Notes under the pieces: generated by a model
The model's database searches: none
The model's input: the letters and a program-made list of their open reading frames with translations, nothing else
What the model was told of the DNA's origin: nothing
Source: Vicugna vicugna
Taxonomy: Eukaryota
DNA: 64,000 bases
Reading direction: 5' to 3'
Assembly: GCA_013265495.1 (NCBI GenBank)
Contig: MU058423.1
Coordinates: 9,719,627 to 9,783,626 of the forward strand
In this document: piece after piece, positions 40,113 to 53,623 of the stretch
Numbering within the stretch: position 1 is the stretch's first letter
How the letters are laid out: each line of letters begins with the position of its first letter
Position numbers and translations under genes: made by a program

Positions 40113-40546
40113 AAATAAGGAGAAGGGAGAAAATTTGTCTCCACATTTGACCGGAGTCATAGATCTTAAACTGGTTGGGGTGCTGGTGTTTGTTGCTGTA
40201 CTTGTGTTCTGCTGAAAAATCTGTGATATTATGAGTTACCAAGAATAAAAATCATATTTTCAAACATGTTTTTAACATCAGCAAAGTTTTACTTCAAATT
40301 TTTTTTCCAAGTCTAGAAAAGCTAACACGCAAGAGGCTAACATGGCTGCCATCTAAAGGCAGCACAGAGGTCACTGAGTATTTGTGCATCTTTAGGACAA
40401 GAGGAACTGCTCCAAATCTCCCTCACACTGAGGCAAGGGGAAGATGGGGCGAGTGATGAGTAAGTAAACATCTTAGCTCTGTCATCGGGGCTGAGGGTTC
40501 CCCACTGAAACTCCAACTCCCTAGGCAGTTGATTGGACTCAACCTG

Positions 40547-41217
40547 TGTTAGGGAAATGTCATCAAAACCAAAACCTTCCTCCAATCCAGAAATCCTCTC
40601 CACAAAGATAGCAGAGAAAGAAAACACTTCTATTACTGAATAAGTATTAAACCAGAATGTGACACACATCACAGTCAATCTGCTAAGAGATTTCAAAGAC
40701 AGGAAGAAATCTTCCCCCATGAGTGCATCACATACATATTTTCAAGATAAACAGTAACTGGTTCTCAAATAAAAAGACTTGATAGCACAATTTGCTCCAT
40801 ATAGTTCATCCTAAATTCTCCTCGTAGTTGGGGTGTGTTAGCTAATCGAGTTTATCCAGAGGAAAAACAAATCTCATGTTTTATGAATGAAGGTAGTTTG
40901 AAACTTTGAGCAAGGCACCCCCCAAAAGTAGACCCCTACCCTTCCACAGAATCAGGGAAAAGGGGGGTCATCTCCCATGATGTTAATATTTCAAAGAGAG
41001 GACTCCCAGGTCCTTGAGAAAGGTGATCCTGGGTCATGAAGCTGGCAAGAGGCCTCTAGCCTTCAAAAGGATTTTTATACATTTCAAAGAGATGAGAAGG
41101 TACGTACAATGATACGTCTTTTAAGATAAACCCTCTAAGAAAAATGAGGGAATGGAAATCTCTCCGTTTTCAACAGGGAAAATTAAGCCTCATTTTTAAT
41201 TTGTATTTGTTCTTACA
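40547..41217 (-). mobile_element. ERV1-class solo LTR
   Basis: TGTTAGG...TCTTACA termini, ~670 bp, LTR-like composition. Confidence 0.65.
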
Positions 41218-43679
41218 AGATCTGACAGCCCGGCATGCTCAGGGCAACCCGAGCATGTGTGTCGGTGTGCTGGCGGGACACACTGAGCCTCAGGTTTCAG
41301 GAGGGCCATGTGCCTGGCGGGGGTGGGGGCTGGGCGACGTTGCATTCCCAGTCTAGCTCCCAGTAGAGCCATGCTGGGTCCTGGAGTGGGCGGAGGGGCA
41401 GGTCCTCCTTCACAGCCTGCACCTCTCCAAGAGGGCTGTTTTGAGTCTTATATACTGTCAGATGCTGAGGTTTGTCTATATTCAAAGAGCTTTTTAGTTT
41501 AAAACTAGTAGTTAATGAGATGTGTGTGTTTGTGGGGTTTATTGGGACAAGGCTAGTGCGTCTTTGGAAAGAGTCTTTTCTATCAACTTTAGCTTTTGAT
41601 GGATGTGCATTGTGAGTTAATATTTTTATTTCAAAAGGACTAGATTTGAATTCTGCCTGAAGCTATCATTATCAGAAGTTTGCTTTTTTTTTTGTCATTT
41701 CAAAAAGTGGTATTTCTTCCAACTGATTCTTTTAAACTCAATTTAATGAAGCAGTTGAGTCTTAGCCAGTCAGTTTTTAAATCACCACTTATTTGACCAA
41801 ATTCTATTATTTTTTTTCGGTCTATCTGTGAGAATAAACCTACGTGTCGTTTGAAATGAGGCAAATAGCGGCCCTGCTCAGAGATAACATTCACTGTTAC
41901 ACAACACTGCACCACCAGATCGGTGGCTCAGTTAAAGGCATTTAACCCAGACCAACTGATAATAGCAGGTGTGTGTATCATAAAGACAGGCTCAAGTTAC
42001 ATCCCCCCATCTCACACTCTGCTTTACTTTGGCTCTCGCCACTATCGGTTCTTGATTTTCCACAGATCGAATGAAGGTGAATGACAGCTGTGTTGCAGTT
42101 ACAATGTAAATTGCGCTGTGCAAAGCCTCCCTGAACAGGAAAGGGGATGTGGCTGATGTGAAGGGGACAGCCATCATGAGGGTCTACATTCTGAGCTGGT
42201 TTACATTTCCTAGTATGAAATAAATACATGTTAGTGTACAAGTGGTTGGGGCCTTAACGACTTCGTGCTATCACGTATCAAGTTCATTTAAAAGACAATA
42301 TTCCATTTTCAAATTACGTCAGGTTGGGCATCAGAAAACATATTTATATTCCTTATGTCATTTCCTGACTCTGACTCTCCTGCATTCTTATTCATTTGTA
42401 AAGTGCATCAAATATTTATTTGCATTTGCTTCCTTTTCAGATGCTAATTCTCTCTCCTCAATTCCAACTGCACCTTTTAATCAAGATACCTTTGACTTCT
42501 CACATCACTGAAGAGAGCTTTTAGCAGTTCGTAGTCTTCATACACATCCCTAGTCTTCTTCTGTATTTGATTGCCTTACCTGATAGAGAGTAAGAATTCA
42601 TTGTCAGGCACTGAAGCAATAATCTGATGATCCTCAGACAAGTAAGAATAATGCAAAATATGCCTGTTATTATAGGTCACTCTCCACATTTTGTATCTCC
42701 AGGTAGATTTTAAATTTCCTAAGAAAGCATCCTTGTTTTTGCCATCTCTCTCTCTCTTATAGTGATTAGTAAAGTGCCTGAAACATGGATTTCCACAGGG
42801 AAATGCTCCATAAAAACCATGATGACTGGAAGAAAAAATGTACCAGAACCAGATGCCCGGTCTAACCCTGCCTTATATAGAGGACATGACTCTGAATATC
42901 AAGGAAGTTGAGATGGGAATTTTCAAGATAATTAATTCATTAAAATGAATTCAATAAACTTGTTAGAGCCCCTGGCAATGTATTCTATTATGGACCTAAT
43001 ACATTTAGCAAACACATCTATTCTCTAGCTCTCTGGGAAGGACAAGCTTATTTGAATTTTACTCAACTGATTGCTTATTTCTGACCCCGTGTTAACATGG
43101 TACTAAGCAGCTAATTGAAATACTCTTGTGGGTCTTTTGAGGACAGAAACCAGTTTTTAAAAGAGAACTTGTTTTTTATTTTCGCTGGGGGCTTTTAAAT
43201 AAAACTCATGTCTTTCTTGCATCCGTGGTATAACAAATCAGCCAATTTCTTCCTCCACATCTCTGTACCAAAGGAAATATCCTCACCATTTATATGTGAC
43301 ATTTTTCTTAATCAGAAAGTAGAAATGAATCTACAAGTCCTTTTAGTTTTCATGAACCTAAATAAATTGATTTGACTGGTATTTAAGCGAGACAGAATGA
43401 AAAATGTTTTTCCTAACACCCCTCTGAAATCAATCTCATCCAACCAACATTGTTACCCCATTATTCCAATAAATTAAAGGATTCATTGATATTTCCAAAT
43501 CTTCACGTTATAATGTATGACTTTAATGTGTTCATTATGATCAGTGAAATGGTAGCTTAAAAGCTGTGTGTATTGGTGAATTCTATGTTCTCTCTTCTCA
43601 ATAGAGAAGAATCAGTGACCAGTGTGCTGGGTGAAAATCAAGTAGGCAGCTGAGAAAAGAAGGAAGGTAAAGGGCACTA

Positions 43680-43860
43680 GTATCTAGTAGATGCCTCCTG
43701 TGTGCTCAGCACATTGCCTCATTTAATCCTCCTCATTCAAAACGGGTTTTATTGGCTCTGCTTCACAGTGAGGAAACTGGGGCTCTGAAATGATGTCCAA
43801 GGCTCCCTAGCTAGGAAAAAGTAGGGGACCCAGGATTAAAAGTGTATTTCTATGACTCCC
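43680..43860 (-). mobile_element. MIR SINE
   Basis: ctcatttaatcctc...cagtgaggaaactggggctc. Confidence 0.65.
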
Positions 43861-44372
43861 AAATATTTCTACTAGCCTATGATAGCGAAAATATGATTCA
43901 ACTGTAGAAAAGACATAGGATAGGACAGGAATAATTTAGCCTGAAGAAGTGAGTATAATGGGAGAAATTCATGCTTCGTCTGTACAAAGCATCTTTGCAC
44001 AGACGATGACAAGATCTCCAAGGGCAGATTGAAGAACATTAAAATAGGAGGTGAAGAATTTTAATTAGATTTATGAAAGAAAGTCTTGCCTGTGAGGGGT
44101 GTAAACACTGTAGCAGATCATTGAGAGGAGGCACCACTTTGTTGGAAGCTCTTAGATCAGAAGAGGTTCTCTCCTATTAGATTATGCTAATAAATGTCAA
44201 GGTGCAATCATGAGTCCCCGTGCGTGGCATTTGTTCCTCATCCCTGCAGCTGCCTCGGTTGAACTGTCAGTTGGAATAAAAGAAAAGGACTTGAAATCTG
44301 GGACAAAAGTAGAGTCTCCCATTGGTGGAAGGCCAACAGATTAGCTCAAATACACGTACGTGACTCTAAATT

Positions 44373-44923
44373 TGTTGAGATCAAAACAGCCTGAACTTTC
44401 CCCACAGCTTGACTCAACCTTAAACAGGCTTCTTCCTGACCTGAGGCCCCTGACCTCTCTTTTGTCAGAATTTTACTAAGTTACTTTAGAAAACATGTAA
44501 ATTCTTTCTCTTCCCCTTTGAGATGTGAAATTTTAAAAGTCTTTTGCCAGTTTTGCTTCCTAAGACTTCCTCCTCTTAGACCTGAGAGTCAGGCCTTTGA
44601 AATGCAATTATCAAAGAAGAGAGCACCCCCATCTCCCATTGCTTCCAGGGGTGGGAGCCTAACCTTAGCAGGTACCTTGCACCAAGCTGTACAACTACCT
44701 CTGGTCATGAAGTTCAGAGCAAGTTTACTCTTCCTGTCGGTGAAGATAATTAGCAGACACAGATGGCCTACAATTCCCCTTCCAGCTCTTAAACCCTCTC
44801 CAGACCTTTGTTTTAGTGGAGTTGAGCTCAGACTGAGTTCTGACTTCTCTCCTCTATTGCAATAGGTCTGGATATAGTCTTCCTTGCCTGTTTAACTTTG
44901 TCCAGTAAATTTTTGCTTTGGTG
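44373..44923 (+). mobile_element. ERV1-class solo LTR (MER31/MER34/MER39-group-like)
   Basis: Starts tgttgagatc. Contains ggagttgagctcag...ctctcctctattgcaatag...gtcttccttgcctgtttaactttgtcc typical of this group's R/U5. Confidence 0.7.
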
Positions 44924-45725
44924 AATATTATAAACATTTTCTCAGTTACATATGAAGAACTTTCGCAAAACTGAAAAAAAAAAGCAGCAATTTAACATGG
45001 ATGTTGTTAATTTTCAGTTGATGCAGAAAACATAGTTAAAAATGCTTATTTGATTTCTTGGTCAGTCTTCGCTGAGAAATTATATTCTTCATTACCTGTA
45101 CTTTATTTTTTATTTAGATTTTAATCAATTAAATTTATATGTATCTTAAAAATGTTAGCATGTCCTTTTGTCCTGGTTTTATGCTAAAAAGATGCACAGT
45201 TTTATTATGCTTAATGTGAGTGGCTTGGTTGAAAAATGATAATTTGTTTGTTTTGTGCTTTCAAGTGTCTCATATAGTAAGCTGCCTGTTTGAGGGGGAA
45301 GTCATCCTAGCAGTTAAGCTCACTTATAATGTTAAATTATTAATTCGTCATTAATCTTTCATATGCTTTACTAATGCAGACATGAGATTAGTTTTGAACT
45401 CAGTCAGAGTCTCTCTGTGAGCTATATTCAATATGCTACATTGTTTATCCGTTGTCCTGACTTAAAGCAAGGAATCATAATATACTGAAGAATTCCTGAT
45501 GGTGTAAAGAATATTTATCAAATATTATTTAGCTAAATGTCTTAAGTTAAATGGCACTCAGATTATTATTTAGTTCCTTTGGGTTCTTTTCACTTGGATC
45601 TTTAAGAATTCATATGTATTTGTACCAATATAACATTTTGGAACATCCTTTGTTCCCCAAATAGATGTATGAATAATAGACTCATTATACTCTAGCAGTG
45701 TAGTTTTCTTAAATGAGATGGCATT

Positions 45726-46341
45726 TGTGGGCTTCGAGGACAAGTAAGAGGCCTCACAGAGAGCCACAGGGGCTCCAGTCACAGGATGTCCGCGTGCCCC
45801 CAGATCACTCATGTCGTGAAGACATAGACCAGAAAACACAAAGAGCATTCCTTTCCCGGCATGTAATTGCTTTAGCCCAACAAACAACCCTGAATCGTGA
45901 CCTAACAAACCCCCCCCTTGATATTCCTCCAGCATATGAGACTGCCTACTTCCTCCTGTATGTTCCCCCAGGTGTAATAAACCAATAGCCCTAGGTAAGG
46001 CCTGACCTCACAGTCATTCAGGCTGGTTTGTTTCAAGTCATGACTTCTCCATGTAGGAGTCATAAATCCCACTGCCCCTTCACGGACTCTAACTTTCTCA
46101 CCAGCCCAGAACCAATCAAAAACTTGTGCACAAGCTGATCAGGCAGCCCTCTGTGTTCACCATCACTTTCCCACTGAAAACTCTAAGCTTTAACTATCGG
46201 GGCTCACACAGGTACCCCTTGTCTGTGTGGCCCGCTGTTGTCTGTGACAGTGTACCTAATAAACTCCTTTTCTATTTTCATTCTTTGTTTTTGGTAAATT
46301 CTCTTACTGGCCTGTGCACCGGCCCACCAGATCCCTTGACA
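45726..46341 (+). mobile_element. ERV-type solo LTR
   Basis: TG...CA ends, CCAAT (~46112), AATAAA at 46258-46263 followed by a T-rich U5. Confidence 0.7.
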
Positions 46342-46719
46342 GTCTTAGGGTAATTCATCAAACCAAAACTGTCCCCCTAGAATCTTGGGGACCAAGGATA
46401 AGATGTAACTAATCCACACCCCCCAGCACCTTTCTGTCATGTATCTATTTCACCATTCATGACAGCTAACTCACTTCTATAAAATAGAAGTTTATTCTAG
46501 AACTGACTGTGACTTTAGACTCTGAGCTCCCAGACTGTTTCCTGGTAAGTCACTCTATTCAGATGATTGCATGTAAGATTAAACAAAAACGATGATGTGT
46601 TGGCCAAATTTGGAATGATTAACTCAGTTCAAACCAATCAGATCTCCCTCTCCGAACTTGTGCTTCCTTCCTCTGGGTACACCCTAAAACTATGAAGGTT
46701 TTAACAGTAATAGGCAGGC

Positions 46720-47070
46720 ATCTCAAGGCTGGGGTGATATTCGGTTTCAGCCACATATCATGAAGCCACTCCAGCAGTCCTTGAGGACGTCCACATGGGG
46801 GGAACTGAGGCTTCAGTTCCAATTCATGCCAATAGCTACGTGAGTCATCTGGGAAGTGGTTCTTTCAGCCCCAGTTAAAACTTCCGATAACTGCACCCCT
46901 CACCAACACCATGACTGCAACCTTTTGCAGAACCACTGAGCCAGAATCGCTCAGCTAAGCTCTGTCCCAAATTCCTTACGCATAATACCTGTGAGATAAT
47001 GATATTTGTTGTTATTTTAAGAAGCTAAGTTTACATATAAAAGTTTTGGAGCGATTAATGACTAATACAG
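46720..47070 (+). mobile_element. MaLR LTR (MLT1E/F-like)
   Basis: ccacatggggggaactgaggc...cagccccagtt...gagccagaatcgctcagctaagc...tgtgagataat. Confidence 0.75.
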
Positions 47071-47073
<3 letters not shown>

Positions 47074-47104
<31 letters not shown>

Positions 47105-47122
47105 TGTGTGAGTGTGTGTGTG
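47074..47122 (+). repeat. (GT)n microsatellite, interrupted
   Basis: Direct inspection. Confidence 0.95.
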
Positions 47123-47254
47123 TTCTCTCGCCTGTGGTGGGCTGTCTCCACTACCCTTGGAATTATTTTCCAGTTAACTGCCAGGTTGGAGGTGGGGACT
47201 GAGTTCAGGAGATGGGGATGGAAGTTGAGATGGCCCAAGGATTTAGGTTGAACC

Positions 47255-47668
47255 TGTCACCCAAGCAACACAGAAGGCTACAAATAAGAAGGGTTTATTC
47301 TGGGTCTTAGGAATTGCAATTTGGGAGGTACAGATTCAAGCAGCAACTCAAATGTGCCCCGAGGGAAGTAAAATGGTAAAGGTTTAGGAAGACAACAGAC
47401 ACAGACATTCCAGAGAAGTTCCCTAGGTTGTTCTGCAGAACTGCGACTGATGCCGGCAGGCATTCAGACGCCCATCAGCAGCAGACTGGTGGCCGAGCTG
47501 CATTTTCCCATATTAAATAAGTTCCAGGCGGCCCGTCGCTGGCCAGGTCCGAAGTTCACGTTGCATCGGGGTACGGACATATGTTAAGTTCTACTTCCTG
47601 AATGGCCTCCTGGCTCCGTTTTAGCTCCTTTGACATAAGCAACTCCATTTTGTTGTTCATGGTCCACA
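47255..47668 (-). mobile_element. ERV1-class solo LTR
   Basis: TG...CA ends, reverse AATAAA near the left end, TSD-like AACC/AAGC. Confidence 0.7.
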
Positions 47669-48335
47669 AAGCACATTTCATTGTCACAGAAAATGATACC
47701 TCTGAAGAGGTGCAAATAATGGTCTCCAATTTAGTAGTTATGACACACTCGAGTTTTTCTCCGTATTGCAGCTGAAAGGCTCTTTCTGAAGGGTAGATCA
47801 GCTCTCTAATTCCACTGCTTAAGACCCTTAAACGGTGAAGGTCACTACTCCGTAAATGGCTGACAAAGCCTTCCTTAACCTGGGCTCTGCTGAACTGTCC
47901 AGCCTCTCCTGCCTACCGACAACTCTCACCCCTAGACGTACGGAAAGGTGCTCTCAAATGACCATTGCTGCCCTCCCCTGCCAGGAACTCCCCCTCTGCA
48001 TGGAATTCCACACTCTGACTCTGCCCTTTTCTTTCACTCCATGAGTAGCATCCAGCCCTTTGATATTTTATTTGATCTCCACAGCATTTGTGATAAATTT
48101 GAAAAAAATATTTTAAAAATATAGATTTCTTCTTCTGGAACAATCTGAAGATAAGGCAAGATGGAGTTGTCACCCTGTCCTGGAGACACATGACGTCTCC
48201 ATCTTCAATAGTATTTTTAAAATACCATTTTTAGCAGGCAGTGTGAGTTAATCTAGATCCTCAGAGAAGCCAAGAAGGAATTAAATACGCAAGGATGTAA
48301 TTAGGGAGATGCCTGTCTGAAAGGAAATAGGAAAG

Positions 48336-49120
48336 TGTTTTAAGAACACTTGGCTTCCAGGGGAGAAAGGGGGTGGGAAGGGATCAATTAGGAATTGGAG
48401 ATCTGCAGATACTAAGTACTATATGTAAAAGAAATAACAAGTTTCTACTGCATAGCACAGGGAACTATATTCAATATCTTGTAGTAACCTATAATGAAAA
48501 AGAACATGAAAAGGAATACACGTGTAAATGTATGACTGAAACATGATGCTGTACACCAGAAACTGACACATCGTAAACCGACTATAATTTTGAAAAAGAG
48601 AATACTTGGGATCTGTTTTCATCAGGTGTGGTAAGACACACAGACGTGGAAATAATACTTACAATTCCCTGGAAAGAGGAGGCATGTCACAGCACACAGT
48701 GAGCACCAGGGTTGGTCAGGGCACAAAAGGAGTGGAGGAAAATGTTGGCAAAAGCCTTTATTGCAGTGTCTGTGGGAAGGAACAGACAGAGGCAAGGTAG
48801 GCAGGTTTAGGGTTGGCTAGTTTGAATAATTTCAGCAGCTCCGGGGCCTAGAGACTGTCTCTAGTTGCCTGGTACCTTGGCCTTGGGATGATTAGGGCAA
48901 GTGAATTGTGGCCTATGGGGTAAGAGCCCAAGACAGAGGTGGCTGGATATATGGGCTTTGGGTTGGTTGGTTTGCATTTGAAAGAAAGGCATGCCTGGGG
49001 GCAAGTTTTACCATCTCGTGGAATCTGCTAACCCTGGGAGGGTCCTCCCTTCCAGGCTCAGCAAAGCCCCAGATGTCAAAACAGAAGAATACAGGAAATA
49101 AAAAACACGTGGTTAATACA
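48336..49120 (-). mobile_element. MER74-like ERVL solo LTR, interrupted by L1
   Basis: TG at 48336 and CA at 49120, perfect 5-bp TSD GAAAG. The reverse complement begins tgtattaaccacgtgttttttatttcctgtattctt...gacatctggggc. Confidence 0.8.
48354..48598 (+). mobile_element. Short lineage-specific L1 3'-end insertion
   Basis: tagcacagggaactatattcaatatcttgta...gctgtacaccagaaactgacaca. TSD agaacacttgg / agaatacttgg. Confidence 0.85.
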
Positions 49121-49899
49121 GAAAGGAGCTAGCAAAGGTGGGGAACAGGCAGACAGCAATGAGAGTATGATCCTGAGAGAAGACAGAGGAGAAAAGGCTG
49201 GTGGAAGCATCCAAGATTGCCAAGCAGTCTAAGGAAGATCCAGGAAGTCTGCTGGGGAGGATTCAAGCCCAAGTTTGCCAGCAAACAGTCTCTGTTTCCC
49301 AGAAACAAGACCTGGTACCCGATCCCGTTTGTTCACTGGGTAGGGGTAGCCCATGGGAGCACGGCCTTGATGCAAACACAGCCGCGGGTTTCAGAGCATA
49401 GCAGCCTGGTGTGGTTCCTATAGCAGGGCGTCTGGGAGGCACATTCCCATGGTAACCAAATGAAAGAGCTAGAATTCATCATTAAAAACCTTTGCTCATG
49501 CTCCTGTACAACACGTCTCTTTATCAAAAGGCAGGCTTACCTGTTCATCAGGCAGGGCTTTTAAAAACCTCTGGAGACGTGCTGTCCCTGGGGGCTTCAG
49601 CCAAGTCCCTTTATCAGTGTCAATAGTCCTTATACTCTTAGTTAGAAACCAGCGGGTTCATCCTGAAGTTGAAAGATACAACTTTGAATGGTGAGTTTCA
49701 CTTATCAGACATTTAGAATTCAGGTGTTCAGCAGACCCCTGATAACTTTAATACAATAGGTTTAGGAAGTATGTTACTGAAGGGAAAAATCATTATAAAC
49801 TATTCTTAATTGTTTCCATATTTTTTAACCCTTGACATTAGTGGCCATTGACCTGGAAGCCATACAATCGTGTTGGACTCAGGCATGGTTACTATTAGG

Positions 49900-49990
49900 A
49901 TCAAGCGCTCAGTTGATTAAGGTTAATGAGGCCAAGGTCATTGGTTTGACCACCTTGAGGTTAAGTTAACTTTAGCCCGAAGGCCATAGA
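49900..49990 (+). mobile_element. Possible tRNA-derived SINE remnant (MamSINE1-like)
   Basis: gctcagttgatta...taatgaggccaaggtcattggtttga resembles tRNA A/B boxes of this family. Heavily decayed. Confidence 0.4.
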
Positions 49991-50334
49991 CTTTTGACTT
50001 TTCAGTTACGTCAACTAGGCTGCAAAGTTATACACAAGAACACCAGCACTTCTTAGCGTCATATCAAGATGGATTCACTATTATTTTCCTTCCCATTCTT
50101 ACGCACAAGGCATAAGCACTGGCCAGATTTATAGATCTCAGTCTATTCCACTGAATGAATTGCACACATGCCCATTTTATCTGCTGATAAAATATCATCA
50201 GACTTTGGTGTAGTAAGCTTTTTCTACAATACTCTGAAAAATGTAACTGACTATGAAAGTAGAAGTTGTGAATGCTGTTGCACGGCTATAACAATGGTAA
50301 CAATGTTTGTCTTATGATCTAGTGAGTGTTAGTT

Positions 50335-50925
50335 TGCGTGGTTGGCAGCTTCTAAAAAGACTCCCAATGACGTCTGCCTCGTGGTGTTCACGGCCTTATA
50401 TAATTGTCTCCCCCTGAGTGTGGGCTGGACCTAGTGACTTAATTTTAAGCAAAAAGAATAGTGCAAAAGTGATGGGATGTCACTCCCAACATTAGGTCAC
50501 AAAAAGACTATAATTTCCATCTTGCTTGCCATCCCTCACTCTCCCTGGTGTGGAGACTGCTTTGGGAGGAGCAGGCTGTCCTGTTGTGGAGAAGACCATG
50601 TGGGAAGGAAGTGGTGTCTCCTTCGAAAAGCCAGTGGGGGTGTCAGGCCTGCCAATAGCCACGTGAGTGAGCTTGGAAGTGGACCATCCAAAGCCCCAAA
50701 GCTCACCAACAGTCCTGCAACTGAGCTTGAAAGCGGTTCCGTCCAGGTCAAGCCTTGAGCTGACTGTGGCCCTGGCTTATGCCCTGATTGCCACATGGTG
50801 AGACCCTGAGCCAGAGAGCCCCACCAGCCAGGCCCAGGCTCCTGACCCACAGAAACTATGAGTTACGTGTTGTTTTAGGAGATTTTGGAGGTCATTTGTT
50901 ACATAGCGATCGACAACGAATACAC
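50335..50925 (+). mobile_element. MaLR LTR (MLT1E/F-like)
   Basis: ccccctgagtgtgggctggacctagtgact...gtgatgggatgtcact...tcctgacccacagaaact...tttgttacatagc. Confidence 0.85.
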
Positions 50926-51544
50926 CTGGGAAGGCGCATAAAATATTTTGGATGTGAAAGACCTCATAAAGACCTCGGCTAAATTTTCCATGAAGCTGCC
51001 CTTTCTCAGCATCTCCAAAGGATCCGCACAGCCAAACACGTGGGAGCAGATGCTGTTTTTCTTACGACTTAAAATATTCATCAAGGACTCTCTGAACACT
51101 TCATATTAAATTACGCCCGTTGTTATGTAGTCTTACCTCATATCCTAACCTGTTTATGCCAGAATAAACTAGAGAGGGCTGGAAAGAGAAAGCATACTCA
51201 TGCTCCTCCGGAAACCAATGGAAGTGTTAAGAATAGTTTAGAGTTTCATTCGCCTCTGGAGTGTTCAATAAATATGTTTCACGGGAATATGTTTGTTCTA
51301 TCCCAAAGCACGGCATGGCCTAATGCTATGCAAATACTAAATATAGCACCTCGTAAGACGCCATCAGTGAAACAGCCACTCAAAATTCATTGATTTTAAC
51401 ATGTATCAATTTGCACATTTAATGACCTGTTCCACATCCCCTAGGCGCAGAAAGAAACTAGTTTCCACATTGCCATGAATGCCTAGGAAAACGGTGAACA
51501 GTTGTCCTTCAGTGAGGAGGTTTGCAGAGTAAGAAGGAGACCGC

Positions 51545-51750
51545 GGAGTCAGAGACACATAGATTTAAAGCCTGGATCTTCCATTTGATGAGCTGTGTGA
51601 CACTGGGGATGTCACTCCCTCTCTGAGTCTCAGTTCTGTATTTGTAAAGCAAGGACAATAATTCTGATCTCATGGGGTTGTCAAGAAACTTGAGTGAGAT
51701 ATTCTTTGTGAAGCCCTGGGCCAGACACAGTGCAAGTATGTAAGAAATGG
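51545..51750 (+). mobile_element. MIR SINE
   Basis: agctgtgtgacactggg...ctctctgagtctcagttctgtatttgtaaa. Confidence 0.75.
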
Positions 51751-51752
51751 AA

Positions 51753-51788
<36 letters not shown>
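51753..51788 (+). repeat. (GAT)n microsatellite
   Basis: About 12 units at the MIR tail. Confidence 0.95.
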
Positions 51789-53114
51789 ATTATGAAAATG
51801 CTTTCAAAGTTTTTTGAAAGTGTCATCACAGCAGCTCCATCAGCCCCAAATTTACACCATTCTCTTATTTCTTGGGTTCGCCTTATTGCTTTTTGTCCAC
51901 AATCTTAGCCTCCTTTCCGTGTTGTTTTCCTTGTCAAATACAAAGTGAAGGGAATAAAACACCTGTCCAGGCTTGACATTCCCATATGGGCCCAGCCTTT
52001 CCCGGGGAGAGCTTCTCTCTCCACCAGGAGGCAGAAAGGAAAGATATCTAGCAGGGTGATTTCTACACAGAGGTTCAGAGTAAGATCCAGATACCGCTTT
52101 AAATTAGAAGGCGTTCACTAATGTACGTATGTGCGATCAGCTGTCTTTCGCCTCATCTCACTAATTAAGTCGTGTGATGGGCTACACGTTCACATTCGTT
52201 TGATCAGTGAGAAAGGGGTAGAACTTTAAAATGGCCAAGTCTTACTAATGACATACACAAGATTTGAAGGTAATTTTAAGAGTGAAGCCCACACGAGGAG
52301 TGTCACACACAGAGACCATAACTAGGTTATATGTCAACATGAGACATTCCAGCCAGAGTTTTTAAGAAACCTCTTACTGCAAAGATGGATCAGACAACAC
52401 TGTAAGCCTCCTCTGACCACGTCCTGCAATCTAAACTAGGCCTTACTATCATTCTTTGCACTCTGTTTATTTGCACAGCTAGCGGTAGAACTCATAATTT
52501 TGTGTTTGGTTATTGACTTATACTTTTAGCACTTGCCCTTCCACTAATACACACTAGGCACTTAGGACAACATCTGACATGGAGTCATGACTCTGTGTGT
52601 GTTCATTTCTACTGTGTCATCATTAGTGACTTCAGTTTAAAAGATCTCATCAGGCCTTTTCTCTTTGTCTTCAGTTCCAGACAGCCGACATTTTTCCTTA
52701 GGGCGGGTTTTCACGGAATACCATGCAATCTGCTGGCTGAACTCACTCATTCACAACTTAGAGACAGACTTCATTGTGTCACCTGCAGGGTGAAGGAAGC
52801 AGACACAATCCGGAAACAGCTTCAATCCAGTCACACCTGAATAAGCATCAGATTTATTTCTGGGATATACTACTGAATACAATTTCTTTTGTAGAAAAAA
52901 ACAAAGAAGAATTAATTCTAAATAAAATGCACACAGAGACACATTCATGATCTAATCTTGTTTGAATACTCCTTCAAAAGAAACTTCATGGTACAGATAT
53001 AAAGGCACTATTTTTTTTCTTAAAAATCTGGCACTTTAATCTCTCCCAGGGGTAATGTTGCTGTATTTCGACTCCTTGGCAAAACTGTAAAGCATTTCTA
53101 TTCGGGAGGAGCGA

Positions 53115-53307
53115 TAGGGTTGCCAGATTTAGCAAATAAAATACAGGACACTCAGTTGCATTTGAACTTCAGATAAAGAACGAGTACTTTTTTTGGTTGT
53201 AATTATATCCCATGAGATATTTGAGATATATTTATGTAGAAAGTTTACTCATTATTTATCTAAATTCAAACTTACCTGGGCATCCTGTGTTTTATTTGGC
53301 AACCCTG
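53115..53307. mobile_element. MER53 (hAT-Blackjack) palindromic DNA transposon, full length
   Basis: TIRs tagggttgcca / tggcaaccctg, ~193 bp, internal palindrome (atttgaacttcagataaa / ttatctaaattcaaac). Confidence 0.9.
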
Positions 53308-53560
53308 GGGGGGATCACAGCAGGTCTGTCCTGGGAACGCCTTCACACTTGTTGGATTCCTTTGTCCTCGCTTCCCTCTGCCCTTCCCACTCCTAGTCTT
53401 CAGAAATATCCCAAGAAAAGCATTCATGTATAATCGTTGTTTTAAACATTTAAATTCAATGAAGTGAGTGGTATAGCCACACCCAGAATCCAAGACCATC
53501 ATACCTGCCACTCCGCTCTGGCCCTTACCTCGATTTCCACCCGAGCCCACCCCATTTCTT

Positions 53561-53623
53561 CCTCCTCATGGAAGTTCTCTTTTAATGACTTTGCCTCCTC
53601 GTGGAAGTTCTCTTTTAATGACT
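53561..53623 (+). repeat. 33-bp tandem duplication
   Basis: cctcctc(a/g)tggaagttctcttttaatgact occurs twice. Confidence 0.95.

Larger units (their letters stand above)
48240..49445 (-). mobile_element. Old LTR16-like ERVL LTR split by a nested insertion (48240-48335 and 49121-49445)
   Basis: The sequence resumes across the GAAAG duplication. LTR16-like motifs (aaggatgtaattagggagatgcctgt; gagcacggccttgatgcaaac). Confidence 0.5.

Noticed and set aside
49900..49965. tRNA gene
   Set aside because: A/B-box-like remnants only, with no intact cloverleaf. Better explained as a decayed SINE.
51509..51829. Poly-Ser ORF
   Set aside because: It is the translation of the (GAT)n microsatellite plus MIR.
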